Notes: generated from the sequence alone by a model not told the origin. 64,000 bases of DNA from Hyphomonadaceae bacterium (GCA_050182055.1 JBFXCP010000010.1:42773-106772); one strand, 5' to 3'. Counted from the first letter of the stretch, positions 9,299 through 18,762 are shown. Numbers and translations are program-made.

Positions 9299-10614
9299 GC
9301 ATGGCGGCGCTCACGCACGCTCACACAGCGGAAGACGCAGCGCTGCTCGCGCCGCTGGTCGCGGCGCTCGATGTCGGCGTTTCGAAGACCGTGTGCCTTG
9401 CTGCGCGCCGCGATCCGGTGCTCGACATGCATCCGGACCGTCCGTTGCGCGTGCTCGGCGTCGGACAGCAGACCGCGCCGGCGATCGCATCGGGCAAGGC
9501 GGGGGATTTCGACGCCTGCGCGCGCGCGATCCAGGTGGCGATCGAAGAGGCGGCCGCCATGGCCGGCGCGCCGATTTCGCGTGTGGTCGCCAGCTATTCC
9601 GGTCCGGGTCTTAGTGCGCGCCTCGTGCGCGGCGCGGTGCGCGTGCGCGGCAACGCCATTTGTGCGCGCGACGTGGACGCGGCGATTGCGGCGGCGATGA
9701 AGGACGCGCCGACACCGCAACTCTCGTTCCTGCATGTCGAACCGCTCCGCTACATGATCGACGACGGCGAGGGCATCGCCGATCCGATCGGCCATCCTGG
9801 CAAGATGCTCGCGGTGGAGGCGTGCGTCGTCACCGCGCCGACTGAAGCGCTCAACGCGCTGAAGGCGTGCATTCGCCAAGCGGGGGCCGAGGTCGAAGAA
9901 ATCGTCGCGGCGCCGAAGGCGGCCGCGCTCTGTGCGCTCACCCAGCAGGAGCGCGAAGACGGCGCGCTGGTCATCGATCTCGGCGCCGGCTCGATCGGTC
10001 TTGCGGTGTTCGCAGGCGACATGCTGGTGCATGCGGAAACGCTCGCCGCTGGAGGCGTGCGCCTCACGCGCGATCTCGCCGTGAAGCTGCAGACGACCTT
10101 CGCCGCCGCGGAGCGCGTGAAAGTCGCATTCGGCGCGGTCGGCGACGCCTGCGATCCGCGTGAGCCGGTGCAGGCGCCGAGGCTCGGCCTCGATGGCCGG
10201 CTCGAAGCCGCCACGACCTTGCGCGGCGTCATCGCGGAGACTCTGACCCCGCGCTTGGCGGAAATGCTGTTGGCGGCGCGTCAGCAATTGGTGCGCGCCG
10301 GCTTTGTCGGCGAAGATGCCCCGCAGCGTGCCGTGCTCGTCGGCGGCGGAGCGCAGATTCCCGGTGTGCGCGAACTGGCGGCTGAAGCGCTTGGCATTCC
10401 CGTCCGGCTCGGCCGGCCGTTCGAACTCTGCGGCTTCGACCATGGCGAAGTTGGTCCGGCCTACGCCGCCGCCGCCGGCATGTTGCGCTGGCGGCTCGAC
10501 ACCCCGACGCTGGAGGATGTCGACACCTCCTTCCAGCCCACGCTCGCGCACGCGGCGGCTTCGCTGCGCAACGCCTGGCGCGGGACCTGGGGCTGGCTGC
10601 GCGAGAACTTCTGA
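9295..10614 (+). CDS. ftsA: cell division protein FtsA
   Basis: 439 aa, actin-like ATPase (ALDVGVSKTVCL, VIDLGAGSIGLAVF, VLVGGGAQIPGV). Start could be ATG 9301. Confidence 0.93.
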   Translation: MSMAALTHAHTAEDAALLAPLVAALDVGVSKTVCLAARRDPVLDMHPDRPLRVLGVGQQTAPAIASGKAGDFDACARAIQVAIEEAAAMAGAPISRVVASYSGPGLSARLVRGAVRVRGNAICARDVDAAIAAAMKDAPTPQLSFLHVEPLRYMIDDGEGIADPIGHPGKMLAVEACVVTAPTEALNALKACIRQAGAEVEEIVAAPKAAALCALTQQEREDGALVIDLGAGSIGLAVFAGDMLVHAETLAAGGVRLTRDLAVKLQTTFAAAERVKVAFGAVGDACDPREPVQAPRLGLDGRLEAATTLRGVIAETLTPRLAEMLLAARQQLVRAGFVGEDAPQRAVLVGGGAQIPGVRELAAEALGIPVRLGRPFELCGFDHGEVGPAYAAAAGMLRWRLDTPTLEDVDTSFQPTLAHAAASLRNAWRGTWGWLRENF

Positions 10615-10627
10615 GCGCTGCCGCGCG

Positions 10628-11170
10628 TCACCGGCATGTCACCGGATCGCCATCTCGCCACGGTTGCAGCGTCACCTCGTAAATCTCAATGCGGTCGATC
10701 ATGTACGGCCAGTGTTCGATGCCGCGCAGACCCGGTCGCACGAGGCACACGTCGGTCGCTTCCGTGCGGCCGCGCACGGTGATCAGCGCGCGATATGCGA
10801 ACGCGCGGTCGTAGCCATTTTCGATCGCCAGCAGCGTTTCGTTCTTGCCTGGGACTGGCATGAACCGGATGCGCACGACGCCGGACTGGACCGGCGCCGG
10901 CGGCGGATCGTCCGGGTGCGAGACCATCGGCGCGGCGGTGGGGCCGCTGGCCCAATCGTAGTCTCCCGAGCCCAGCTGCGCCGCCGTGCGCTGCTCAAGC
11001 GGGGTCAGCGCCCCGGCGGACGCACGTTCGATCACCTGCACGGCGCCGCCGTCGATCCGCGCCAAGACGCTTTCGCCCAGCCCAATGGTAACGCGGTGGC
11101 TCGCCGTCTCGGGTGCGGAGGCGCACGCGGCCAGGGTCCAAAGTGCGGCGGCGGCGAGGACGAAACGCAT
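10628..11170 (-). CDS. lipoprotein, unknown function, antisense between ftsA and ftsZ
   Basis: MRFVLAAAALWTLAACASA lipobox, 180 aa. It is only the 3' third of the 673-aa track ORF 10628..12649, whose remainder is antisense to ftsZ. Confidence 0.6.
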   Translation of the reverse strand: MRFVLAAAALWTLAACASAPETASHRVTIGLGESVLARIDGGAVQVIERASAGALTPLEQRTAAQLGSGDYDWASGPTAAPMVSHPDDPPPAPVQSGVVRIRFMPVPGKNETLLAIENGYDRAFAYRALITVRGRTEATDVCLVRPGLRGIEHWPYMIDRIEIYEVTLQPWRDGDPVTCR

Positions 11171-11367
11171 CGAATTCTCCCAAGCCATCTGCACACGATC
11201 TTGCCAGCCGCGGCAAGCGCGGCAGGACTGACATTGGCGTGAAAGGCGAGCAGTTCGGCGTGCATCCGCTCGAGTTCGGCTGCGGCGCGATTTGCGGCGA
11301 TTTCCCTTGTCGTGATCTGTGTTTGGCCGCCGCGGCGCCGCAAAAGCGCCGTGCGGGTTTCCAACCA

Positions 11368-11382
11368 TTAACGAAGACTTAA
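11368..11382. promoter_or_regulatory. CtrA-type binding motif TTAA-N7-TTAA upstream of ftsZ
   Basis: Exact TTAACGAAGACTTAA, 71 nt upstream of the ftsZ ATG. Rough chance expectation in this GC-rich window is about 0.03. Confidence 0.45.
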
Positions 11383-11452
11383 AGCGCGCCCGCCAGGGTG
11401 CGGTGCGAGCGTGGGCGAATCGTGCGACGCGGGATCGCCTCTGGAGCGGGCA

Positions 11453-12805
11453 ATGACCAACTACAGCGCGCCAACGATCAGCGACCTGAAACCGCGCATT
11501 GTGGTGTTCGGCGTCGGCGGCGCAGGCGGCAACGCCGTCAACAACATGATGGATGCGCGTCTGCAAGGCGTGGAATTCGTCGTCGCCAACACCGACGCGC
11601 AGGCGCTGACGCGCGCGAAGACCCCGAACCGTATCCAGCTCGGCCATTCCATCACCGAAGGCCTGGGCGCGGGCGCGCGCCCGGAAGTCGGCCATGCGGC
11701 GGCCCAGGAGAGCCAGCCGGAGATCATCGAATTCCTGGAAGGCGCGCACATGGTGTTCGTCGCCGCCGGTATGGGCGGCGGCACTGGCACGGGCGCCGCG
11801 CCGGTGATCGCGCGCACCGCCCGCGAGCGCGGCATCCTGACGATCGCGGTGGTGACCAAGCCGTTCCACTTCGAAGGCCAGCGCCGCATGCAGCTGGCGG
11901 AGGCGGGCGTGCAGGAATTGCGTAAGCACGTCGACACGCTCATCGTCATTCCGAACCAGAACCTCTTCCGCGTCGCCAATGAGCGCACCACGTTCGCCGA
12001 AGCCTTCCAGCTGGCCGACCAGGTGCTCTACTCGGGCGTGCGCGGCGTCACCGATCTGATGGTGATGCCGGGCCTGATCAATCTCGACTTCGCCGACGTC
12101 CGCACCGTGATGGCCGAGATGGGCACCGCGATGATGGGCACGGGCGAGGGCGCCGGCCCCAACCGCGCGCTCGAAGCCGCGCACGGCGCGATGGCCAATC
12201 CGCTGCTCGACATTGTCTCGATGCGCGGCGCCAAGGGCGTGCTGATCAACATCACCGGCGGCTTCGACATGACGTTGTACGAAGTCGATCAGGCCGCGAA
12301 CGAGGTTCGCGCCGAGGTCGATCCGCACGCCAACATCATCCTGGGCTCGACATTCGATGAGAGCCTCGAAGGCCGCATGCGGGTGTCGGTGGTCGCGACC
12401 GGCATCGACGACGAGGCCATCGTCACGCAGCAGACCGTGATCGAGCCCGCGCGCCGCGCTTCGGAAACGCCGGTGCGCCGTCCAGTGGTGCAGCCGCGTC
12501 CGCCGGCGGCGGCGCGCGAGCCCGAGCCGGCGCCGGCGCCGCGCGACACGTATGAAGAGCCGCGCCCAAGTTTCGCCAACGACGTCGAGCCGCCGCGCCG
12601 TTCGGGCGGCGGGTTCAATCTGTTCGGCTGGAAAAAGCCGGAGACGCACGACGGCGATGCATCGCTCGCGGATTTCGGCGTCGCAGAAGAAGCGGCGCCT
12701 GAGCCCGCCCCGGCGTCGCGCCGCGCCGAGGAGCCGCGCGATCCGTCGCTCGACGAAGAGCTGGAAATCCCTGCGTTCCTTCGCCGGCAGATGAACCCGC
12801 GCTAA
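11453..12805 (+). CDS. ftsZ: cell division protein FtsZ
   Basis: [15 protein letters not shown] and [13 protein letters not shown] tubulin signature. Long Pro/Glu-rich linker and C-terminal [13 protein letters not shown] peptide. Start at ATG 11453. Confidence 0.97.
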   Translation: MTNYSAPTISDLKPRIVVFGVGGAGGNAVNNMMDARLQGVEFVVANTDAQALTRAKTPNRIQLGHSITEGLGAGARPEVGHAAAQESQPEIIEFLEGAHMVFVAAGMGGGTGTGAAPVIARTARERGILTIAVVTKPFHFEGQRRMQLAEAGVQELRKHVDTLIVIPNQNLFRVANERTTFAEAFQLADQVLYSGVRGVTDLMVMPGLINLDFADVRTVMAEMGTAMMGTGEGAGPNRALEAAHGAMANPLLDIVSMRGAKGVLINITGGFDMTLYEVDQAANEVRAEVDPHANIILGSTFDESLEGRMRVSVVATGIDDEAIVTQQTVIEPARRASETPVRRPVVQPRPPAAAREPEPAPAPRDTYEEPRPSFANDVEPPRRSGGGFNLFGWKKPETHDGDASLADFGVAEEAAPEPAPASRRAEEPRDPSLDEELEIPAFLRRQMNPR

Positions 12806-12815
12806 GGGCGATCCG

Positions 12816-13688
12816 TCAAACGCGAATGGCTTCCATCGCCTTGGTGGACGCGGTCAGCTCGCGATAGTGGCGATCGAAAGCGTCCGGCCCGCCGTCTCCC
12901 GCGATCTGCCTTGCCCAGCCTCTGCAGTCGTCGAGCCTGCGCTGCTCGTCGAACGTGGAGAGCGGCATTGCGTTGTTGTCGAACCACATCGACGTCTCCA
13001 GGTGGTCGCCCATGGTCTCGGCGGCTTCGCCGGTCATCAGCACGAGCGGATCGTTGGCGCCCGGGGCGCCGATCTTGTGCGTGCGTCCGAACACCAGCGC
13101 TTTCTTTCCGAAGCGAATGAAATTCGGGTACGTGAACAGCGCGGCTTCTTCGATCGGCGGCACGATGCGCAGCACATAGTCGCGACTGCCGTCGAAATAG
13201 AAGGCGTTGGCGGCGAGCGCGGCCAATCGCTGGACGTCGCGCGGCTGCTCGATGCGATGCAGCGTGATCTTGCCGGTGGAGATCGCCCTGCGAAGCTTAC
13301 CGTTGGCTTCTTTCGGAAAGCCGAAGCCCAGGCTCAGGGCGATCTTGGTTTCGAAGATCGGCGAAGCGCCAGCGTCGATGTAGTGACGCCACAGGTACTC
13401 GAGATCTTGCGCGTAGCGGCGTAGCGCAAACACCTCGCCGGCAGGAACGACGAAACGCTCCAGTTGACCCCAAGATGCAAAACCGAACTCTCTGCAGATG
13501 GTGCGGCGGCTCGTCTCCGTTATGTTGCCGCCGGACAGCCATTTTCGAATAGATGTCTCAGAAATGGTTGTTCTGTCGGCCAGGTTCCGCACCGAGAGTC
13601 TGAGGCGTGTGAGCAGACCCTCGATAATGATCGCCGTGCTCGGCTGCGATGAAATGCGCTTTGAAATTGGTTCGGGCGAGTGCGGCAT
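12816..13688 (-). CDS. HTH (XRE-like) domain protein with unknown ~220-aa C-terminal domain
   Basis: From MPHSPEPISK...: LRLSVRNLADRTTISETSIRKWLSGG helix-turn-helix. The 5' half of the gene is visibly AT-richer than its surroundings. The track ORF extends to 14120 across the divergent promoter, and that extension is rejected. Confidence 0.6.
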   Translation of the reverse strand: MPHSPEPISKRISSQPSTAIIIEGLLTRLRLSVRNLADRTTISETSIRKWLSGGNITETSRRTICREFGFASWGQLERFVVPAGEVFALRRYAQDLEYLWRHYIDAGASPIFETKIALSLGFGFPKEANGKLRRAISTGKITLHRIEQPRDVQRLAALAANAFYFDGSRDYVLRIVPPIEEAALFTYPNFIRFGKKALVFGRTHKIGAPGANDPLVLMTGEAAETMGDHLETSMWFDNNAMPLSTFDEQRRLDDCRGWARQIAGDGGPDAFDRHYRELTASTKAMEAIRV

Positions 13689-13874
13689 CGAAAGTGGCTT
13701 TCGGTTGTATACCGGTGTTGTCGCAGTGTGCCAGTAGTTTCGAAATGCAGTTAAATCCAATGTCCTCAGTGGAATAGAATGGTCCGACAGTACGGACAAC
13801 AGCGGCCTTGTCTGTGGGTTGTACAATATGCCGCCGTTCATTGTCCCGGCTATCGTGTGTCCCTGGAGGCGCAT

Positions 13875-15980
13875 ATGTCGGTGCATGAATTTCCACGACC
13901 GTCGCGGCCGGACACGCCCGTCAATCAAGAACGTTTCGCAACACAGCGCGCGCGGCTCGCGGACTACGATCTGCCCGGGCCTGCCCAAAACGAGCTGGCG
14001 CGGCGCGCGCCGGACTTTGGCGCGCTGGTGCGCCCGCGTCCGCTGTTGGAGGCGGTCGCGCAGATGGGCGCTGGCGAAACCGTCCGGATCGAGTTCCGCC
14101 GCGGCGACAAGGGCTGGCACATCGAATTGGCGGGCAGCCGGGCGGGCGCGCGAGCGAAGTCCGCGGCCGGTTTTTCGGCCCTCTTGAGCGCGGTGGCGCC
14201 GGGGGCCGAGTTCTGCAGCGATGCCGCGTCCCCGCCCAAGCGCTGCGCGTCGGTCGTTCGGTTGGCGCCGCGGCCCACGCAGGTGGAGGGAGCGGTGGAT
14301 GGCGCGCTTTGGCTGCCGCCCATGGGGTGGGGCGAGCCCGATCTTACACAGGCGCTGCGGATCGCGTTCGATCTCGGCGTGGAAACGCTGGCGTTCGAAC
14401 TCCGGCCTTTCCAGCTTGAGAGCGGCATGCGCGAACAGCTCGTGTCAGCCTCGTACCGGCTCGCCGAAAAAGGCAGCCCACACAACGAGGCGGCGCGCGA
14501 CTGCATCGCCACATGGCTCGGGGCGGGGTGCGGCTGCAGCGTCGGCGTCGAGGTCGCCTCCGCGCGCGCGTTGACCGAAGAAGGACTGAATGCACTCGCG
14601 CTCGCCTTGTTCGGCTGTACCCGCCATGCCGGCGCCGCGAAGGGCCTGGATTTGCGCATGGCGGTGCCGCTTGGCGCGCTGCCGGTTTGGCGCTTCTGGC
14701 CCACCTCCGGCGATCTACGCCGTTACGGCCGGCACAACGTCAAGATTGGCGCGGGATACGGCGCGCTCACTCTGGGCGTCGATGCAGCGGGGCGGTCTGT
14801 GCGCCTCGCCGCACGCGATCGCCCGTACCACGTTTTCGTGTGCGGCGTGGCGGGCTCGGGCAAGTCGACCCTGATTGGCAACTGCTGCCTCGAGGACATT
14901 AGGAATGGCGAGGGCATTCTGCTGATCGATCCGCACGGCGACCTGGCGCACAAAGTGCGCGCCGCCGTGCCGCGCAAGCGGCGGCGCGACGTGATCTGGA
15001 TCGATTTGGGCGATGAGACGCACGCGTGGCGCCTCGACCCGCTCCACACGCCAATGCGCCATCCTGACGCCGAGCGCGATCGCATCTCGAGCCAGCTGAT
15101 CAGCTATTTCCGTCAAATCTACGCTGGCGTGCCGGAGGCATTCGGGCCGTTGTTCGACAACGTCTTTCGAGGCGTCATGGCGTTGCTGCACTCGGCTAAG
15201 GAAGACGAGGATCGCACGCTGCTGAAGTTCAGAAAGGTGCTCGTCGACTCCCAGTTCCGGCGGAAGCTGCTGTCAGAGTGCACGGACAGCGACGTGGTCG
15301 AACTCTGGGACGAGATCCAGGAAGTCCACGGTGAGTGGTCGCTTGACAACATCTCACCGTACATCACTTGCAAGCTGAACCACCTGACGGGTCCAGGCAT
15401 GCGCCGCTTCATCGGCGGCGATAAGCCACGCCTCGATCTGCGCAAGGCCATGGACGAGCGCCGCATCGTCATCGTCAATCTCAACAAGGGTCAAATGAGC
15501 GACTTGGGCGCGCGTTTGGCGGGCGCGCTTGTTCTGATGGCGCTGAATGAAGCCGCGATGGGGCGCAGCGACATACCGGAAGATCAGCGCGTGCCGTTTC
15601 GCGTCTATTGCGACGAGTTCCAGACCATGGCCTCGGATCAGGCGGCGATCGCGCTCGCCGAGTGCCGCAAGTTCAACATCTCGTTGATGCTGGCCAACCA
15701 GAATCTCGCGCAATTGCGCGGGGGCTGGCAGGGGCCGACCGATGTCAGCCAGACGGTGCTCGCCAACTGCAACTCGCTGATCGCGTTGCGCACCGGCATC
15801 CATGACGCGCAGATTCTGGCGCCGTTGCTGGGGCTGGAGGACCACCGCGCCTTGGTGGACCTGAGTGTAGGCGAGATGATCGTCCGGCGGCTTGTCTTGG
15901 GCGTTCCTGGGTCTGCGCAGCGACTCTACGGGCTGCCGCCGGTGGCCCCGCCGCCGAAGCGCACCGCCAACGATCCGTGA
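13875..15980 (+). CDS. soluble TraD/VirD4/HerA-like (FtsK-HerA superfamily) P-loop ATPase with unknown N-terminal domain
   Basis: GGAGG lies 5 nt upstream of ATG 13875. 701 aa. Walker A is VCGVAGSGKST (nt 14844-14870), followed by LLIDPHGDL, and Walker B is FRVYCDEFQ (D580/E581, nt 15612-15617). RKFNISLMLANQNLAQL is a TraG/TraD C-terminal-like motif. No TM segments. Residues 1-320 are unassigned. Confidence 0.75.
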   Translation: MSVHEFPRPSRPDTPVNQERFATQRARLADYDLPGPAQNELARRAPDFGALVRPRPLLEAVAQMGAGETVRIEFRRGDKGWHIELAGSRAGARAKSAAGFSALLSAVAPGAEFCSDAASPPKRCASVVRLAPRPTQVEGAVDGALWLPPMGWGEPDLTQALRIAFDLGVETLAFELRPFQLESGMREQLVSASYRLAEKGSPHNEAARDCIATWLGAGCGCSVGVEVASARALTEEGLNALALALFGCTRHAGAAKGLDLRMAVPLGALPVWRFWPTSGDLRRYGRHNVKIGAGYGALTLGVDAAGRSVRLAARDRPYHVFVCGVAGSGKSTLIGNCCLEDIRNGEGILLIDPHGDLAHKVRAAVPRKRRRDVIWIDLGDETHAWRLDPLHTPMRHPDAERDRISSQLISYFRQIYAGVPEAFGPLFDNVFRGVMALLHSAKEDEDRTLLKFRKVLVDSQFRRKLLSECTDSDVVELWDEIQEVHGEWSLDNISPYITCKLNHLTGPGMRRFIGGDKPRLDLRKAMDERRIVIVNLNKGQMSDLGARLAGALVLMALNEAAMGRSDIPEDQRVPFRVYCDEFQTMASDQAAIALAECRKFNISLMLANQNLAQLRGGWQGPTDVSQTVLANCNSLIALRTGIHDAQILAPLLGLEDHRALVDLSVGEMIVRRLVLGVPGSAQRLYGLPPVAPPPKRTANDP

Positions 15981-15983
15981 GTC

Positions 15984-17702
15984 TCACCCGCCCCAGAGCT
16001 TCTTGCGGAGCTCGGCTTCCGCCGTGGTCATGACGCCGGCCTTCGCAAGCTCGTCGAACTTCGCGAGCGCGCTGACGCGGTAGTGCTCGGCGTCCACGCC
16101 GCCAAGGCCGGCGAGATGCGATTCCACGATGGCGCAGAAGCGAAGGCCGTCGACGTCGTCGTGCGCGAAGATGCGGTCGGCGAGCGCCAACTCGTCTTCC
16201 CAGGCGCCGCGCGCGGCCGCGACGTCGCCGCAAGCGCGGGCGGCGATGCCGACGCGCTCAAGTGCGGCGGCGAGCGCGTGCGCGGCGCGCGCGTCGTTCG
16301 GTGCGGCGGCGACGAGGTCGAGTCGCAACGCCACGCTTTCGTGAAACGCAGCGCGCGCGGAGGCGTTGGCGCTTGCTTCGAGTTCGGCCTCGCCGAGTTT
16401 GACCAACGCCGCCGCAAGACCGCGCGCGAAGCGCACGTTGTCCGGCGCGCGCTCGCGCGCCATGCGGCGGAACTCCACCGCGCGAGCGAAGCCGTCTTGC
16501 GCTTGCGCCGGCGCGCGCGCGAGGCGCGCAACTTCGCCAAGCCGATCCCAGCAGGCGCCGATGTCGCCGAACCAGGCCGGGTGCGCGCCCGGTTTCCGCG
16601 CGAAGCGCTCGCATGCCGCGCGCGCCGTATCGGCTGCCTCGCGCGCGGCGGCGGCGTCCTTGCAGCGCAGCGCGAGGTCCGCCTGATCGAGCAGGGTATG
16701 CACCCAGAACCGAAGGGGGGCCTCCTCGTCCGGCGTTTGCCTCAGCAGCGTCTCGACAATCGCGCGCGCCTGCACGAGTGAGTCCGCCGCCGTAGCGTGA
16801 TCCTGCAGCGCTTCCAGCAGAGCGGCGCGGACGCGCCATGCCCCCGCGAGCGCCCACGCCTCCTGCGGATGGCTGGCGGCGAGGCGCACCCGGGCTTGCA
16901 GCGCCTTGTCCATCGCGGCGCGCGCGCGCTGCGGTTCCTCGCGGGCGAGTTCCGCTTCTGCCATCAGCGCCCACGCATCGGAGAGCACGGCCCGCCAGTG
17001 CGGCTCGGTTTTTTCTGTCGCTGCGAGCGCCTCGTAGCGGCCGATGGCTTCGCGCAAGCGGCGCGTGGCGGAGGCCGGTTGATCCGCGTCCAGTTCCATC
17101 GCGCCCAGGCGCATCTCTGCGTCGGCGATGTCGGCGGCGAGCACGGGCGTTTCGCCGATCTGCGCTGCGGCCGCACGCAACAGCGCGAGCGCGCCTTCGG
17201 CGCCGGCGCGCGCACGCGCGAATTCGCCATTGCGCGCGTCGAGTTCCGCAAGGCGCCCGCGCGCGCGGGCGAACCAACGCGCGGCGGTGACGTCCGTGCG
17301 GTCGCTGGCGAGCAACGTGTCCTCGATGCGGAGCGTGGTCGCGTAGGCGTCGCGTGCGGTGGTCATGTCGCCCTCGACGCGCGCCATTTCACCCAGCATG
17401 AACGCCGCGCGCGCCCGGGCGCGCGGGTCGGTGCTGTCGGCGAACACTGCTCGCGCTTCCGCACGCGCGGCAGCCAGGTCGCCGTTCTCGGCGTGGAGGC
17501 GGGCGAGCGCCAGTTTCGGCGCCGGATCGGCCGGTTCGAGCCTGGCGGCGATGGCCAGCGCTTCGCGGGCCAGGGCTGGGTCCTTCCGCTCGGCCAGCAC
17601 CGCCGCCCGTTTCGCGGCCAGCGCCGCCTTCGGCCCGCCAGTTTTTGCAAGCGCGAGAAGCGCCTGCGGATCGGGCGGCGGGGGAGGAATATTTTGGCCC
17701 AT
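15984..17702 (-). CDS. TPR-like all-alpha repeat protein (572 aa)
   Basis: Ala/Arg/Leu-rich helical repeats throughout (…ALAIAARLEPADPAPKLALARLHAENGDLAAARAEA…). No signal peptide. Its stop is 3 nt from the stop of the ATPase gene. Confidence 0.7.
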   Translation of the reverse strand: MGQNIPPPPPDPQALLALAKTGGPKAALAAKRAAVLAERKDPALAREALAIAARLEPADPAPKLALARLHAENGDLAAARAEARAVFADSTDPRARARAAFMLGEMARVEGDMTTARDAYATTLRIEDTLLASDRTDVTAARWFARARGRLAELDARNGEFARARAGAEGALALLRAAAAQIGETPVLAADIADAEMRLGAMELDADQPASATRRLREAIGRYEALAATEKTEPHWRAVLSDAWALMAEAELAREEPQRARAAMDKALQARVRLAASHPQEAWALAGAWRVRAALLEALQDHATAADSLVQARAIVETLLRQTPDEEAPLRFWVHTLLDQADLALRCKDAAAAREAADTARAACERFARKPGAHPAWFGDIGACWDRLGEVARLARAPAQAQDGFARAVEFRRMARERAPDNVRFARGLAAALVKLGEAELEASANASARAAFHESVALRLDLVAAAPNDARAAHALAAALERVGIAARACGDVAAARGAWEDELALADRIFAHDDVDGLRFCAIVESHLAGLGGVDAEHYRVSALAKFDELAKAGVMTTAEAELRKKLWGG

Positions 17703-17832
17703 AATTCAGTCCACTAGCAGAGTTCGCCGAACAGTCACAAACCGTAACGCAACGTGTGTTTGAGCGGCGGAACCGGCGCCTTACACGAAGGCTTGGGTCG
17801 GGGGGCCCAAAAGCCCTGCGGGGGGACAGAGG

Positions 17833-18762
17833 GTGAAGTCGTTGCGTCGTCAGCAGACTATTGCGGGCCCGGCCATGTGCGCCGGGATTGGCGTCCATTC
17901 CGGGGCGCATGTGCGCATGGCGCTGACGCCCGCGCCAGTGAATACCGGCATCGTGTTCGTCCGCAGCGACATGCGCGGGGGCGACAACGCCATCCGCGCG
18001 CATGCGGATTCGATCTCAGAAACCCGCAATTGCACCACGATCGCCAACGCCTACGGCGCCGAACTGGCGACGGTTGAGCACCTGATGTCGGCATGCGCCG
18101 GGCTTGGCGTCGACAATCTGCTGGTCGAGGTGGACGGCCCGGAATTGCCGATCCTCGACGGCTCATCCGCCCAGTTCGTGCAGGTGCTCCTCAACGCCGG
18201 GATCAAGGCGCAGCACGCCGAACAGCGCATGATCCGCGTTCTGGAGCCGATCGAAGTGCGCATGGGCGCCAAGAGCGCCGCGTTGCTGCCCGCCACCGAT
18301 TTCGACGGCCTCGACCTCGACGTCACCATTCGCTTCGCCGACCCCGCGATCGGCGTGCAGCGCCGGCGGGTGCGGCTGACGCCGCAGACGTTCCTCACCG
18401 AAATCGCCGACGCGCGCACGTTCGGTTTCCTGGCCGACGCCGACGCCATGCGCGCCGCCGGGCTTGGTCTCGGCGCGTCGATGGACAACGCCATCGTGGT
18501 GGACTCGGGCCGGGTGGTGAATCCGGACGGGCTTCGCTTCGACGACGAATTCGTCCGGCACAAAATGCTCGACGCGATCGGCGACCTGGCTATGGCCGGT
18601 GCGCCCATTTGTGGCCGCTTTGTGGCGGACCAGCCGGGCCACGCCCTCAACGCGCGCCTCGTCCGCGCCTTGCTGGATACGCCGGAAGCTTGGTGCTGGG
18701 AGCCTGCTATCGAGGTCGAAACGGTCCGCGAAGCCGTCCCCGCCTTGGCCGCCGCCCGCTGA
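17833..18762 (+). CDS. lpxC: UDP-3-O-acyl-N-acetylglucosamine deacetylase
   Basis: 309 aa. GIGVHSG, TVEHLMSA and HKMLDAIGDLAMAG motifs. Confidence 0.95.
   Translation: MKSLRRQQTIAGPAMCAGIGVHSGAHVRMALTPAPVNTGIVFVRSDMRGGDNAIRAHADSISETRNCTTIANAYGAELATVEHLMSACAGLGVDNLLVEVDGPELPILDGSSAQFVQVLLNAGIKAQHAEQRMIRVLEPIEVRMGAKSAALLPATDFDGLDLDVTIRFADPAIGVQRRRVRLTPQTFLTEIADARTFGFLADADAMRAAGLGLGASMDNAIVVDSGRVVNPDGLRFDDEFVRHKMLDAIGDLAMAGAPICGRFVADQPGHALNARLVRALLDTPEAWCWEPAIEVETVREAVPALAAAR

Noticed and set aside
8962-10551. 529-aa minus-strand ORF
   Set aside because: Antisense to ftsQ and ftsA. A shadow ORF.
10628-12649. 673-aa minus-strand ORF spanning the ftsA-ftsZ spacer and most of ftsZ
   Set aside because: Only the last 180 codons (10628..11170, starting with a lipoprotein signal) look real. 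The upstream 490 codons are the antisense frame of ftsZ, with an Arg/Ala/His-rich junk composition.
13689-14120. N-terminal 144-codon extension of the HTH gene (track ORF 12816..14120)
   Set aside because: The extension would run through the AT-richer divergent promoter and overlap the first 245 nt of the ATPase gene, which has a strong GGAGG RBS. The HTH domain begins right after Met145.
13875-15980. Calling the TraD/VirD4-like ATPase a conjugative or mobile element marker
   Set aside because: The window contains no relaxase, integrase, T4SS components, oriT-like repeat, flanking direct repeats or tRNA target, and the ATPase lacks the N-terminal TM anchor of coupling proteins. It is therefore reported as an orphan ATPase system, not as an ICE.
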